Shown: in pieces, positions 1-10,665 of the stretch
Layout: the number at the start of each line of letters is the position of its first letter
How positions within the stretch are numbered: position 1 is the stretch's first letter
Assembly: GCA_963849325.1 (NCBI GenBank)
Contig: CAWKHF010000009.1
Span: 96,001 to 160,000, forward strand
Direction: 5' to 3'
Length of the DNA stretch: 64,000 nt
Source: an uncultured Planctomycetota bacterium
GTDB taxonomy: Bacteria > Planctomycetota > Planctomycetia > Gemmatales > Gemmataceae
Translations under genes and position numbers: made by a program
The notes under the pieces: model-generated
Seen by the model: only the letters and a program-made list of their open reading frames with translations
Told to the model about the DNA's origin: nothing
The model's database searches: none

Positions 1-56
1 GTACGCTTTGGTCACAAACCGCTGCATTGATCGCTCCACAGCAAGGATCGCATGTC

Positions 57-551
57 ATGAACCCTTCTCAGGATCCGTCTGTGATGGCCACACCCTCCGG
101 TTTCTCCTGGATCGAAAAACCGCTGTTGGCGGCCATGGCGCGGCCAACGGGTCCGGAGGATCTGGCCTGGCTGCGTGAGCACGGTATCGAGGTGTTGCTG
201 TCGCTGACCGAGGACCGGCCGCGCCGCGACTGGGTCGAGGACGCCAACCTGCTGGTCTATCACGAGCCGCTGGAGGACATGGAGCCGCCGGCGCAGGACC
301 AACTCGATCGCTGTGTGTCGGCGATCGTGCGCGCGAACGAGCGCAAGATGGGCGTGGCCGTCCACTGCGGCGCCGGCCTGGGCCGCACCGGCGTCGTCCT
401 CGCCGCCTATTTCGTCGCTCGCGGCCTCAGCGCCGGCAACGCCATCGCGCGCATTCGCCGGCTCCGTCCCGGTTCGGTCGAGACCGACGAGCAGGCCGCC
501 GCCGTCGAGTTGTTCGCCCGCCGGAAGCGCCAGCCGACGGAGGAGAGTTAA
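57..551 (+). CDS. dual-specificity protein phosphatase (DSP/PTP family)
   Basis: P-loop HCGAGLGRTG, general-acid D loop (LEDMEPP), RPGSVET..Q motif; alternative start at 84. Confidence 0.9.
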   Translation: MNPSQDPSVMATPSGFSWIEKPLLAAMARPTGPEDLAWLREHGIEVLLSLTEDRPRRDWVEDANLLVYHEPLEDMEPPAQDQLDRCVSAIVRANERKMGVAVHCGAGLGRTGVVLAAYFVARGLSAGNAIARIRRLRPGSVETDEQAAAVELFARRKRQPTEES

Positions 552-555
552 AAGA

Positions 556-739
556 GCCGCTTGCGGCTTCGTGTCTGTCCGGTAAGCCCCTCTCCCCCGG
601 TACTCCGGGGGAGAGGGGTTGGGGTGAGGGGGTGCGGTTTCCCAGGGTTTGCCGCCCCCTCACCCCCAACCCCTCTCCCCCGGAGTACCGGGGGAGAGGG
701 GCTTACCGGACAGACGCTAAGCGCTAAGCCGCAAGCGGC
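556..739. repeat. composite palindrome: family B element (573-715) nested inside family A element (GCCGCTTGCGGCTT...AAGCCGCAAGCGGC)
   Basis: arms 573-632 and 655-715 are near-perfect reverse complements, each with an internal CCCCTCTCCCCCGG/CCGGGGGAGAGGGG hairpin; family A halves at 556-569 and 723-739. Confidence 0.9.
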
Positions 740-754
740 CTGGGAGAAAGCACC

Positions 755-2023
<1,269 letters not shown>

Positions 2024-2029
<6 letters not shown>

Positions 2030-2063
2030 CCGCGACGCGCAGCGGAGCGCGTCGCGGCTAAAC
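2024..2063. repeat. REP-like palindrome family D (TTTAGCCGCGACGCGCAGCGGAG)
   Basis: inverted repeat between convergent genes; six copies in the window. Confidence 0.9.
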
Positions 2064-3971
2064 TCAATTGTCGGGCAGCTTGTCGTCGAACATCTTGGCG
2101 ATGGGGTGGATGACGAGGTTGCTGACCTTGTTGCCCTTGTGATAGCCCCACATGCCCTGGATCAGCTCGAAGCTCATCAGGCCGACGAGGAAGAGGATGA
2201 TCGTGCAGGGCAGCATGACGAGGGCGGGCATGACGCCCCATTCGGCCGGCGGCGCGGCCGCGGCGGCGACGGCCGCCGACTCGACCTCTTCCTCCTCCAG
2301 GGCCGGCTCCTGATCGAGGTCTTCGTCCAGCGCCTCGCCGATGTCCTCCAGCCCTTCATCGTCCTCGACCACCTCGCCGCCCGCGCGCTGCACCGTGGCG
2401 GCGGCGTCGTCCGCTTCTTCCTCGTCTTCCAGCGGCACCACCTGGCTGCCGCTCTCCTCGTCGCCCTCCAGCGATAGATCGAACTCCGAACTCTCCAGGT
2501 CGGTGTCGGCCTCGTCCAGGGCGACCGCCTCCGAGCCGGACTCCTCGTCCAGGGCCGGCACCTCGAAATCGGTCTCGAAGACGTCCTGGTCTTCTCCCGA
2601 AGCCTCCGCTCCTTCCTCGTCCTCGACGGACAGGCCGCCGCTCTCGTCCAGCGTCAGCTCGAACTCGCTATCGCTGTCGGCGCCCGGCGACTCCAGGGCC
2701 AGATCGGAGGAGCCTTCATCGATGGCCAGGTCCGACGTTTCCGGGTCGAGGCTCAGCTCGAACTCGCTGCTGCTGCCGTCGGTCGGCGAGGCGTCCTCCT
2801 CGGACAGGCTCAGCTCGAACTCGCTGCTGGAATCCGGGGTGCCCGCGGAGGGGGCGGACTTGGAAGGGTTGCCGGAATCGAGACTCAGCTCGAACTCGAT
2901 TTCGTCGCTGCCGTCCCCTTCGAGCGAGATGCCGCTATCGACGGGGTCTTGCAGGTTGATGCCGCTGCCGCCCCTGGGTCCGGTCAGTTCGCCCAGGCCA
3001 ACCTCCTCGTCCGCTTTCATCGCATCCAGTTCGTCGCTGCCGATCTCCAGGGGAGAGGAATCGCCCAGGGGCTTCAACTCGAAGTCGCTACTGCTGTCGG
3101 TGTCGGCCGGCGTTTTCGCGGCCGGGCCGTTCACGTCGATGTCCGCCTCGGACAACTCGAACGGCGACGAGGTGGGCAGCCTGGGCGCTGCGCCCCCCTT
3201 CGGTTTGTGCTGGGTCGAGCGCGCCTTGGCGGCCGCGTCCGCCTTGCGCTGCTCGGCGTCGAGATCGATCTCCTCGGTCACCATCTGGTCGCGCTTGCCG
3301 GGACGGACGATCTCCTCGATGCGGATGTCGCTATCGGACGGTTTCTTGCCGGGGTGTTCGCCGATGGGCACGTCGCTGTCGTGCGGCGAGGACGGCTCGA
3401 TTTTGACGTCGCTATCGCTGGGTTCGTCCAGCGGGACGATGCGGACGCCGCTGTCGTCCTTGGGAGGTCCAGCCATCCGCGATTTGCTCGACCCCGTTTT
3501 CGGCGGCGGCGACACCGGCGCCTTGGACGCCGGCGGCTTGTCGTCCCCGGCGATGGCGAAATCCATGTCGCTGCCGTCCATGACCAGGCGAACGTCGCTG
3601 TCGCTGGACGCCTTGGGCGGCGACGTCTTGCCGAGCTTGGAGGCATTCGTTTTGTGCGCGGGCGGCGGCGACGCCGGCTTGGCCGCCGGCTCCTTGCCCA
3701 GGGGAACCTCGTCACTGTCGTCCCCGCCGAGACTGAAATTGAAGACGTCCTTGCCGCCGGCCTTGGCCTGCGCCGCGTCGCCCAGCGGCAGTTCGGGGTC
3801 GCTGCCGAGGCCGCGCACACGGGCCATCTCATCGATCTCCTGGGCGCGGAAACGCCAGCCGCTGCGGTCCTGGAAGGCGCGGATCTCTTTCTTGCGCGCC
3901 ATCTCCTTGAGCTGCTCGGGATTGATGCGGAGGATCTGCGCGGCCTGTTCCAGCGTGTAGTACTGCACCAT
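2064..3971 (-). CDS. excisionase-like HTH protein with long acidic low-complexity region and C-terminal transmembrane helix
   Basis: N-term YYTLEQAAQILRINPEQLKEM...WRFRAQEID; repeated SDSDV and SSEFELSL motifs; hydrophobic VMPALVMLPCTIILFLVGLMSF. Confidence 0.85.
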   Translation of the reverse strand: MVQYYTLEQAAQILRINPEQLKEMARKKEIRAFQDRSGWRFRAQEIDEMARVRGLGSDPELPLGDAAQAKAGGKDVFNFSLGGDDSDEVPLGKEPAAKPASPPPAHKTNASKLGKTSPPKASSDSDVRLVMDGSDMDFAIAGDDKPPASKAPVSPPPKTGSSKSRMAGPPKDDSGVRIVPLDEPSDSDVKIEPSSPHDSDVPIGEHPGKKPSDSDIRIEEIVRPGKRDQMVTEEIDLDAEQRKADAAAKARSTQHKPKGGAAPRLPTSSPFELSEADIDVNGPAAKTPADTDSSSDFELKPLGDSSPLEIGSDELDAMKADEEVGLGELTGPRGGSGINLQDPVDSGISLEGDGSDEIEFELSLDSGNPSKSAPSAGTPDSSSEFELSLSEEDASPTDGSSSEFELSLDPETSDLAIDEGSSDLALESPGADSDSEFELTLDESGGLSVEDEEGAEASGEDQDVFETDFEVPALDEESGSEAVALDEADTDLESSEFDLSLEGDEESGSQVVPLEDEEEADDAAATVQRAGGEVVEDDEGLEDIGEALDEDLDQEPALEEEEVESAAVAAAAAPPAEWGVMPALVMLPCTIILFLVGLMSFELIQGMWGYHKGNKVSNLVIHPIAKMFDDKLPDN

Positions 3972-4149
3972 CGGTATGGACCCCAACGGCCACGGGCAAA
4001 GAGAGGCTCCTCGTGAGCGTGCGGCAGCGGTGCTCCCTGCACGTCTCATCATCGATTGTAAACGGTCCCGGCTTGAATGCAAGGCCGCGGAAGGCGGGGG
4101 GATGTGGCGGAAGACGCACGGATGTCTCGGTGGCGCGCGTTGTCCCGAA

Positions 4150-4259
4150 AATAGGGACTAGGGAATAGGGACTAGGGAATAGGGAAGAAGAATCCTCCTC
4201 TCTCGCCCTATATCCCTAGTCCCTATTCCCTAGTCCCTATTCCCTAGTCCCTATTCCCT
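4150..4259. repeat. inverted pair of heptamer tandem arrays (TAGGGAC/TAGGGAA)n ... (TCCCTAG/TCCCTAT)n
   Basis: visible at 4150-4186 and 4206-4259; overlaps the ABC gene stop. Confidence 0.9.
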
Positions 4260-6136
4260 GTTGCGAGTGCCACCGGCTCCGCAGTGGACGCTGCTCCGTC
4301 GGTGGTCGGGTTGGTCAAGCCGTTCTCGGCCGACATCACCAGCTCGCTGAACAAGCCGCCTTGCTGAACCAGTTCCACATAGGTGCCCTCTTCCGCGATG
4401 CGCCCATCGTCGAAGACGAGAATACGATCGGCGTCGCGCAGCGTGGACAGGCGATGGGCCACGAGGATCGTCGTGCGGTCGGCGCTGGTGACACCCAGGG
4501 CTTGCTGCACGGCCCGCTCGCTGATGTTGTCCAGGGCCGACGTCGCCTCGTCGAGGATGAGGATGGGCGGCATCCTCAGCAGGATGCGGGCCAGGGCCAA
4601 CCGCTGCCGCTGGCCGCCCGACAGGTTGCCGCCCCGTTCCGTCAGGACGCCGTCGTAGCCTCCAGGCATTTGTAGGATTTCCTCGTGCAGGTTGGCCAAC
4701 TCCGCGGCGCGGCGGATGTCCTCTCGGGTGACGCTCTCGTTGCCGTAGGCGATGTTCTCGGCGACGGTGCCGGCGAAGACGAACGGCGACTGTCCGACAT
4801 AACCGAGGAACTTGCTGATGTCGGGCCGCGACACGTCCTCGATGCGCACGCCGCCCAGCATCACCTCGCCGCTGTTGGGATGCAACAAACGCAGCAGGAC
4901 GCGGAGGAACGTCGATTTGCCGCAGCCGGATCGGCCAGCGATGCCAATCATCTCGCCCAGGCGAATTTTCAGCGACAGGTTGTTCAAGGCGTGTACGTGC
5001 TTGCCTTGCGGCGTCAGGTATTCCACGTTCAGGTCGCGGACGACGATGGCTGGTTCGTCCGGCCGCAACCGCGGTTCATACGAGCGCGGCAGCGTGAACG
5101 ACGGATCCAACGGCTCGGCCAACAACTCCAGCAGGTCGCCGACACGCAGACTGCTCTCGTGCCCCTCGTCGAGGACGCGATGGATCTCGCTCAACGGCGT
5201 CATGACGCTGAGGAACAGGGCCGAGAAAGCCACCACGTCGCCGGGATCGATCTGGCCGTTGATGGCGTAATAGATGGCCACGCTCAAAACGATAATGTGG
5301 AACAGCCCCTCGTTGAGCGCCTTGGCGCAGCCGAACAGCGACATCTGGAACTGGTGGCGGATCTCCATGGCGCGGCGCTTCTCGGCGGCGCGGGCCAGGC
5401 GCTTGATCTCCTGAGCATAGGTGTTGGCCGCCCGCACGTACTCGATGCCGCCCAGCTGCTCGACGACGGCGCCGTCAATCTCCTCGCAGCTGCGCAGCAG
5501 TTTCAGACGCACGCCCTTCTGCGAGATGAGTTGACGGATGGTGAGGAAGACGGCCGTGGGGATGACGCCGACCATGATAAGGCCCAAGAGTGGCTGCTTG
5601 CTGATGGCGGCGATCAGGGCGAACGTCCCGGTCAGTACGGCCGGGGCGAAGTCAAGGAAGCTCAGGCGCAGGAAACGTACGAACCCTTCGACGCTCCGAT
5701 AGATACGGCCATGCAGGGCGCCGACCTTCTCTTTCGACAGGCTGGCCAGGTCGATCTTCATCAGGTGGTTGACCACCCGAACGCTCATGTCGCGGTTGAG
5801 GCGCGTACAACTGTTCTCGACCAGGTAGCGGCGGGCGACGTTGAGTCCCTCGCGCAAAACGTAGGCGGCGCCGATCAGGCCGAGCACCTCGACAACAAGG
5901 GTGTAGGCGGCGGCGTGCGATCCGTCGGACTTGATGCCGTGCATGACGGCACCGACCAGCTTGCCCAGCAACAAGTTTACGGTCACGTTACATAAACTGA
6001 CGGCGGCCATGATGGCCCCCGCGCCGGCCAAGCCCAGCTTGTGCCGCGCCGGCACCAGACGCCAAACCTGATGGCCGCGACGCAGGATCAGGCGTATCTC
6101 GGCCGCGATCCCCTTCCCGTGCGGATGCGTGGACAT
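4244..6136 (-). CDS. ABC exporter, fused TMD + NBD (MsbA/NdvA-like)
   Basis: GRSGCGKS, LSGGQRQR, ILDEATSALD, AHRLST; N-terminal TM segments. Confidence 0.92.
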   Translation of the reverse strand: MSTHPHGKGIAAEIRLILRRGHQVWRLVPARHKLGLAGAGAIMAAVSLCNVTVNLLLGKLVGAVMHGIKSDGSHAAAYTLVVEVLGLIGAAYVLREGLNVARRYLVENSCTRLNRDMSVRVVNHLMKIDLASLSKEKVGALHGRIYRSVEGFVRFLRLSFLDFAPAVLTGTFALIAAISKQPLLGLIMVGVIPTAVFLTIRQLISQKGVRLKLLRSCEEIDGAVVEQLGGIEYVRAANTYAQEIKRLARAAEKRRAMEIRHQFQMSLFGCAKALNEGLFHIIVLSVAIYYAINGQIDPGDVVAFSALFLSVMTPLSEIHRVLDEGHESSLRVGDLLELLAEPLDPSFTLPRSYEPRLRPDEPAIVVRDLNVEYLTPQGKHVHALNNLSLKIRLGEMIGIAGRSGCGKSTFLRVLLRLLHPNSGEVMLGGVRIEDVSRPDISKFLGYVGQSPFVFAGTVAENIAYGNESVTREDIRRAAELANLHEEILQMPGGYDGVLTERGGNLSGGQRQRLALARILLRMPPILILDEATSALDNISERAVQQALGVTSADRTTILVAHRLSTLRDADRILVFDDGRIAEEGTYVELVQQGGLFSELVMSAENGLTNPTTDGAASTAEPVALATGNRD

Positions 6137-6235
6137 GGCGTTGGATCGGTTGGAAAGACAAAAGGGTTCGCACCCCGGACGATCTCGCCCAGGTTCCCGA
6201 CGATGGGAGGTCGTTCCGTTTGTAAACTTCACTTC

Positions 6236-6439
6236 CTACGAAAGAGCACGACGATTCCGATTGGCCTGCAAGTGGCTCGCAGGCAAAAGCGTACTCTGCA
6301 ACAGCGCCACGAGCTTGCGCTCGACCATCTGGGCCGGCGTCAAGCCTGCCCGCGAGTCGTGAACCAGCGTTTCTTGAGGCGGAGAAGCGAGACGGCGCGT
6401 GGAGACCGTTTCCGGAGTCGAAGCGGTATCGCGAGGCAT
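6236..6439 (-). CDS. small hypothetical protein (67 aa)
   Basis: AAGGAG RBS before the ATG and a sigma54-type box 55 nt upstream; no recognised domain. Confidence 0.5.
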   Translation of the reverse strand: MPRDTASTPETVSTRRLASPPQETLVHDSRAGLTPAQMVERKLVALLQSTLLPASHLQANRNRRALS

Positions 6440-6493
6440 AGTCCACTCCTTGAAAAAATTCAGGTCTTCACACTAAATCTGTGTTGTCGTGGC

Positions 6494-6509
6494 AGCAAAC
6501 GACATGCCA
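6494..6509 (-). promoter_or_regulatory. sigma54-type promoter TGGCATGTCGTTTGCT
   Basis: GG-N10-GC, near consensus, oriented to ORF 6439. Confidence 0.75.
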
Positions 6510-6584
6510 GGAAGGGGGACAGGACGCAGAAGTTCCCCGAACCTTCGTTCCGGCAAAGGGAAAGGATGAAAAAGGAGCCGAAAA

Positions 6585-7844
6585 TTAAGCCGCCTGAGGC
6601 AGTGCAGCGACGCGCGTGTGGAAGCCCGAACGGGCGAGACCGCGAACGACGCACGGCAAAGTGTGAAAGACGTTGCGCACGCGATTGTCAACGAGGGCGT
6701 TGTCGAGTGCCAAAATGGCAGCCCCAGCGTCGATGCCAACCATGTCGAGTCCAAGCCAACCGCGATCCACGTTGACGTTGCGGAAGCCGTAGCGGCCGAG
6801 GAGGTTTCCGCGCCGATCGCGGACGGCACGATGAAGATTGTCGAGGACGAGGTCCGGCCGACGGGCGATCGAGGCGAGAGTGGCCGTCAGGTGCGCGGTG
6901 CCGTCGATCGGGCCGCTGGGGGCGTAGCAGCGATAAACGTATTCGGCCGGGGGCGTCGCGGGACCATCGCCGGCCGACAGACCCCAGTAATCGCGATAGG
7001 TTCGGTAGACGCCGGCCCGCTCGCGGCAGGTTCGATAGTTGGCGTCCGCGGCGATGCTCGCCTCCGCCTCCAGATCGACGCCGCCGGGAACAAGCCAGCT
7101 CTCCAGATCGAGCAGATCCAGCCCATACTGGAAGACGAACAGGCCGAGATCGCTGTTGTTGAAGCGCAGTCCGGCCGTGGTCCCGTAGAATGGCCGCAAA
7201 TGCTGCCAGGCTCGTACCGGCAAGGCGCGTCCCTCGTCGGCCCCGGCGGCCAGGACGTACAGGAACACCGTCTCGCCATTGAGACGGTCCCAGGAGCAGG
7301 GGAGGAAACGTCCGTCGTGACCTTGACCGTGCCGGATTAGAGACGTGTCCGACTCGGCGGGAACCGTCCAGTAGTGCCAGTCGATACGTCCCCAGAACGC
7401 CCGAGACAGACGTTCCAGCTCGGCATCGCGCAGGAAGGCGGACGCCCACAACGCCCCGGCCGCAAGCCAAGCCGTATCGATGGTGCTCAGCCGATCCGCG
7501 CCGTAGACGCGGCCGGTACGCGAGTCGAGGAAATGGGGAACGATGCCGCGATCGTGCGGTAGGACGTGCAGGGCCGTCTCCAGCCCCGTGCGGATGCGCA
7601 GGATCGCCTCGCTCGGCGTCAAAAGGCGATGAGGCTCGGCCGAAGCGAGGGCGAGGGCGATCCAGCCCATGCCGGTGGCCGCGGTGCTGTACAGGCCGTG
7701 CGGCGACAGCGGCCCGTGGTTGCGTTGGCGATCGAGGAGGAGTCCCGTCGTCGTCTGGTTGTCGAGGAAGTACTGCATCGCCTGGGCCTGCAAGCGCAGC
7801 AGCAGACGACGCTCCGCCGTGGTGAAGGGTGCCGTCCTTGGCAT
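6585..7844 (-). CDS. glucoamylase-family / GH144-like (alpha/alpha)6 glycoside hydrolase
   Basis: STAATGMG, LSTIDTAWL, WGLSAGDGP, GRYGF and GIDAG motifs; AGGAG RBS; no signal peptide. Confidence 0.75.
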   Translation of the reverse strand: MPRTAPFTTAERRLLLRLQAQAMQYFLDNQTTTGLLLDRQRNHGPLSPHGLYSTAATGMGWIALALASAEPHRLLTPSEAILRIRTGLETALHVLPHDRGIVPHFLDSRTGRVYGADRLSTIDTAWLAAGALWASAFLRDAELERLSRAFWGRIDWHYWTVPAESDTSLIRHGQGHDGRFLPCSWDRLNGETVFLYVLAAGADEGRALPVRAWQHLRPFYGTTAGLRFNNSDLGLFVFQYGLDLLDLESWLVPGGVDLEAEASIAADANYRTCRERAGVYRTYRDYWGLSAGDGPATPPAEYVYRCYAPSGPIDGTAHLTATLASIARRPDLVLDNLHRAVRDRRGNLLGRYGFRNVNVDRGWLGLDMVGIDAGAAILALDNALVDNRVRNVFHTLPCVVRGLARSGFHTRVAALPQAA

Positions 7845-7959
7845 GACTTCCACTCCTGGCCCGTCTCCGATCCGAAGTGCATTAGTGTAGCAAATCCGCC
7901 CAGAGAGGGAAGAGAAGTCGTCGCTGTGGCGCCCGAATGCTCGACCTCTGCTTCTCCGG

Positions 7960-7975
7960 CGGCATGTCTCTTGCA
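7960..7975 (+). promoter_or_regulatory. sigma54-type promoter CGGCATGTCTCTTGCA
   Basis: GG-N10-GC 58 nt upstream of the GT2 gene. Confidence 0.75.
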
Positions 7976-8032
7976 CTGCTGCGAGCGCGTCTCCGCTTCT
8001 CGGAACGCCCCTCGGCATGGAGGATACGATTG

Positions 8033-8932
8033 ATGGCAGACGCGGACCCTCGGGTGGCGGCGGTGATCCTCACCCACAACCGGCGCGAGGAAGTGCTCGC
8101 CTCCCTCGACCGGCTCACTCGATTGCCGGAACGGCCGCGCCTCGTCGTCGTGGACAACGGCTCCACGGACGGCACGGCGGAGGCGGTGATCGAACGCTTC
8201 CCGCAGGTGGAAGTCCTTTCGGCGGGCGGCAATCTCGGAGCGGCGGCGCGGAACCTGGGCGTGCGGCACGTCGCGGCGCCTTACGTCGCCCTGTGCGATG
8301 ACGATACCTGGTGGCAGCCGGGATCGCTGGCCCATGCCGCCGACCTGATGGATGCGCACCCTCGGTTGGCCGTGGCGACCGCGCGCATTCTCGTCGGGCC
8401 TGAGGAAGTGGAAGACCCCATCTGCGCCGAACTGGCGCGCAGTCCCTTGCCCTGCGAGCCGGACATGCCGGGCCGGCCGCTGTTGGGATTCATGGCTGGC
8501 GCGTCGGTTGTACGGCGTTCGGCCTTCCTCGCCGTCGGCGGTTTTGAGCCGCGCTTCTTCCTCGGCGGCGAGGAGGAACTGCTGGCCGCCGACCTCGTCG
8601 CCTCCGGCTGGTGGCTGTGCTACGTCCCGCGACTGGTCGTTCATCATTATCCGTCCACGCGCCGCGATGCCGTCTCGCGGCGCTGGCACATCCTGCGCAA
8701 CGCTCTCTGGTCCGCCTGGCTGCGTCGACCGCTGTCCGCCGCCCTGCGCAAGACCGGCCACGTCGTTCGCACGGCGCCGCGCTCGCGCGAAACCTGGCGC
8801 GGACTGGCCGCGGCCGTCGCCGGTCTGCCCTGGATCCTCCGTCAGCGTCGCGTTGTGCCGCCTCGGGTGGAGCAACAACTCCGCTTGCTGGAACAACGCC
8901 GACCTTCGTTTCCTCCTTCCCTCACGGCCTGA
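8033..8932 (+). CDS. glycosyltransferase family 2
   Basis: VVVDNGSTDGT, ARNLG, CDDD, VGGF...GGEE; GGAGG RBS. Confidence 0.92.
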   Translation: MADADPRVAAVILTHNRREEVLASLDRLTRLPERPRLVVVDNGSTDGTAEAVIERFPQVEVLSAGGNLGAAARNLGVRHVAAPYVALCDDDTWWQPGSLAHAADLMDAHPRLAVATARILVGPEEVEDPICAELARSPLPCEPDMPGRPLLGFMAGASVVRRSAFLAVGGFEPRFFLGGEEELLAADLVASGWWLCYVPRLVVHHYPSTRRDAVSRRWHILRNALWSAWLRRPLSAALRKTGHVVRTAPRSRETWRGLAAAVAGLPWILRQRRVVPPRVEQQLRLLEQRRPSFPPSLTA

Positions 8933-8934
8933 TT

Positions 8935-9701
8935 ATGTTCTTTCATCCAGACATCAAGGGCGGCGGCCTGCCGCGCGGCACGGTCTGCCTGACTTACGAC
9001 GACGGACCTGGCGCGACCGAGGGCGATGGACCCGGCCCGCATACGCGGGAACTGGGCCGGTATCTTTTCGAGCAAGAGATTGCCGCCACGTTCTTCGTGG
9101 TCGGCAGCCACGCCGAACGCCACCGCGACATCCTGGCGTCGCTCCAGGAATGGGGCCACTTCATCGGCAACCATACGTACAGCCATCCCGGACTGGTGTC
9201 CCTAGCCCTTGCCGGCGGCGACGTGGTTGGAGAACTCCAGAAGACCGACGACATTATCCGGCCGTTCGTCTCGGGAAACGTGGTTTTCTTTCGCGCCCCT
9301 ACGGCAACTGGCGCGAGAAGGTCGGCCCGGATTGCGACGAGGACAAGACCACATCGCTGGTCGCCGATCTTCTCAACTGCGGTGATGCGTTCCGCGATTA
9401 CGTCGGCCCGATCAACTGGGACATCGTCGCCGAGGACTGGGCGTGCTGGCGTCAGGGATTATCGGCGGAAGAGTGTGCCAGGCGTTACCTGGCGGAGACG
9501 GAGCGCGTCGGCAGTGGCATCATCCTTCTGCACGACAGTTCGGAAGAGGAAATGGTGCGTCGTCGAAACCTGACCATGCCGGCGACAAAAATACTCGTGT
9601 CGGAACTGAAGGCACGAGGCTATCGCTTCGTCGGACTCGATGCCGTGCCGCAGGTCGAGAGGGCCATGCGAGCGTGCCGCGAGAACGTCAAGACTTGTTG
9701 A
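8935..9701 (+). CDS. polysaccharide deacetylase (CE4), probable sequencing frameshift ~9295
   Basis: LTYDDGP, ATFFVVG, GNHTYSH, FRAP(YG), IILLHD, GYRFV spread over two frames. Confidence 0.85.
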
Positions 9702-9756
9702 TGAGAAGGAGAATGCTTGCGAGAACGTAGCCTCGTTGACTGAGGGCTGGTGTCTT

Positions 9757-10032
9757 TCACGGTGCCGAACTCAGGAACCGCGCCAGCATCGTGCGCAAAT
9801 TCAAACGTCCCGAGTCGATCCGCTGATCGGCGCGCTGACGACGGGCCAACACTTGCCAGTGCAACCACACGTAGGGGCCTTCGTCGAGCGTCCCGCGCGG
9901 CACCGTTCGTCGGCAGACATCCTCAACGCCGCCGACATCAATGTGCCAGGCCGGCAATTTCCGCGGCAGTTCGTTGACGAATCTCGGATTGTCGTTGTTC
10001 CAACCGTGACGGTATCCGACGAACTCGGTCAT
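9757..10032 (-). CDS. hypothetical protein (91 aa)
   Basis: GAGGAG RBS; follows the DksA-like gene on the same strand. Confidence 0.55.
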   Translation of the reverse strand: MTEFVGYRHGWNNDNPRFVNELPRKLPAWHIDVGGVEDVCRRTVPRGTLDEGPYVWLHWQVLARRQRADQRIDSGRLNLRTMLARFLSSAP

Positions 10033-10080
10033 GGTTTGTTCTCCTCTTCTCTCGCAGTCTTATGTCCTCTTTCGCGGCAC

Positions 10081-10482
10081 TTAAAGTAAGGTCGGCCGGA
10101 AACCCGCCTCGCCGTCGTCTTGCGCACTTTCGGCGCAATCGACGCAGTAGAGCGTGTAAGGAACGGCCTGAAGGCGGTCCTTGCCGATCTCCCGGCCGCA
10201 CCGACCACAAGTCCCATAAGTTCCTTGCTCAATCCGATCCAAGGCGGCGGCGACTTCGGTCTGCATCTGCCGCTCGTTTTGCAAGAGGCTGGCGCTCATC
10301 TCTTGCTCGAACGCATCCGTGCCAATGTCCGCCAAGTGCAGCGGTACATTGGAGAGGTTGCCGCTGGCGTCGCCGCCGGCCTGGCGCAATGCCTCTCCGC
10401 TGACTCCGGCCTCATCCCCTTTCAATCGGGCCGCCAGAACCAGCAGCCGCTGCCGGTAACGGTCTCGTTCCTCTGGGGTCAT
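10081..10482 (-). CDS. TraR/DksA C4 zinc-finger protein (YteA-like)
   Basis: HLADIGTD, ALDRIEQGTYGTCGRCG...RLQAVPYTLYCVDC. Confidence 0.92.
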   Translation of the reverse strand: MTPEERDRYRQRLLVLAARLKGDEAGVSGEALRQAGGDASGNLSNVPLHLADIGTDAFEQEMSASLLQNERQMQTEVAAALDRIEQGTYGTCGRCGREIGKDRLQAVPYTLYCVDCAESAQDDGEAGFRPTLL

Positions 10483-10645
10483 GGAGGGACTCCTCGGGTA
10501 AATGGTCCATTCGCTGTAACGGCCGGCTGCCCGAAAGAAATGCGGCCCGAGCAACCACCTGCTCGGGCCGTCTTTGTCCGGCCCCGCCCCGGTCCTATCC
10601 GCTTCCCGGAAGCCTCCTGGAGACTCGCGGTTGCGGGGATGGTTG

Positions 10646-10661
10646 TGCAAAGGTCATGCCC
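10646..10661 (-). promoter_or_regulatory. sigma54-type promoter GGGCATGACCTTTGCA
   Basis: GG-N10-GC upstream of the DksA-like gene. Confidence 0.65.
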
Positions 10662-10665
10662 GCCT

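Noticed and set aside
2341-3960. Ser-rich 539-aa plus-strand ORF and similar long antisense ORFs
   Set aside because: Shadow ORFs of GC-rich genes on the opposite strand.
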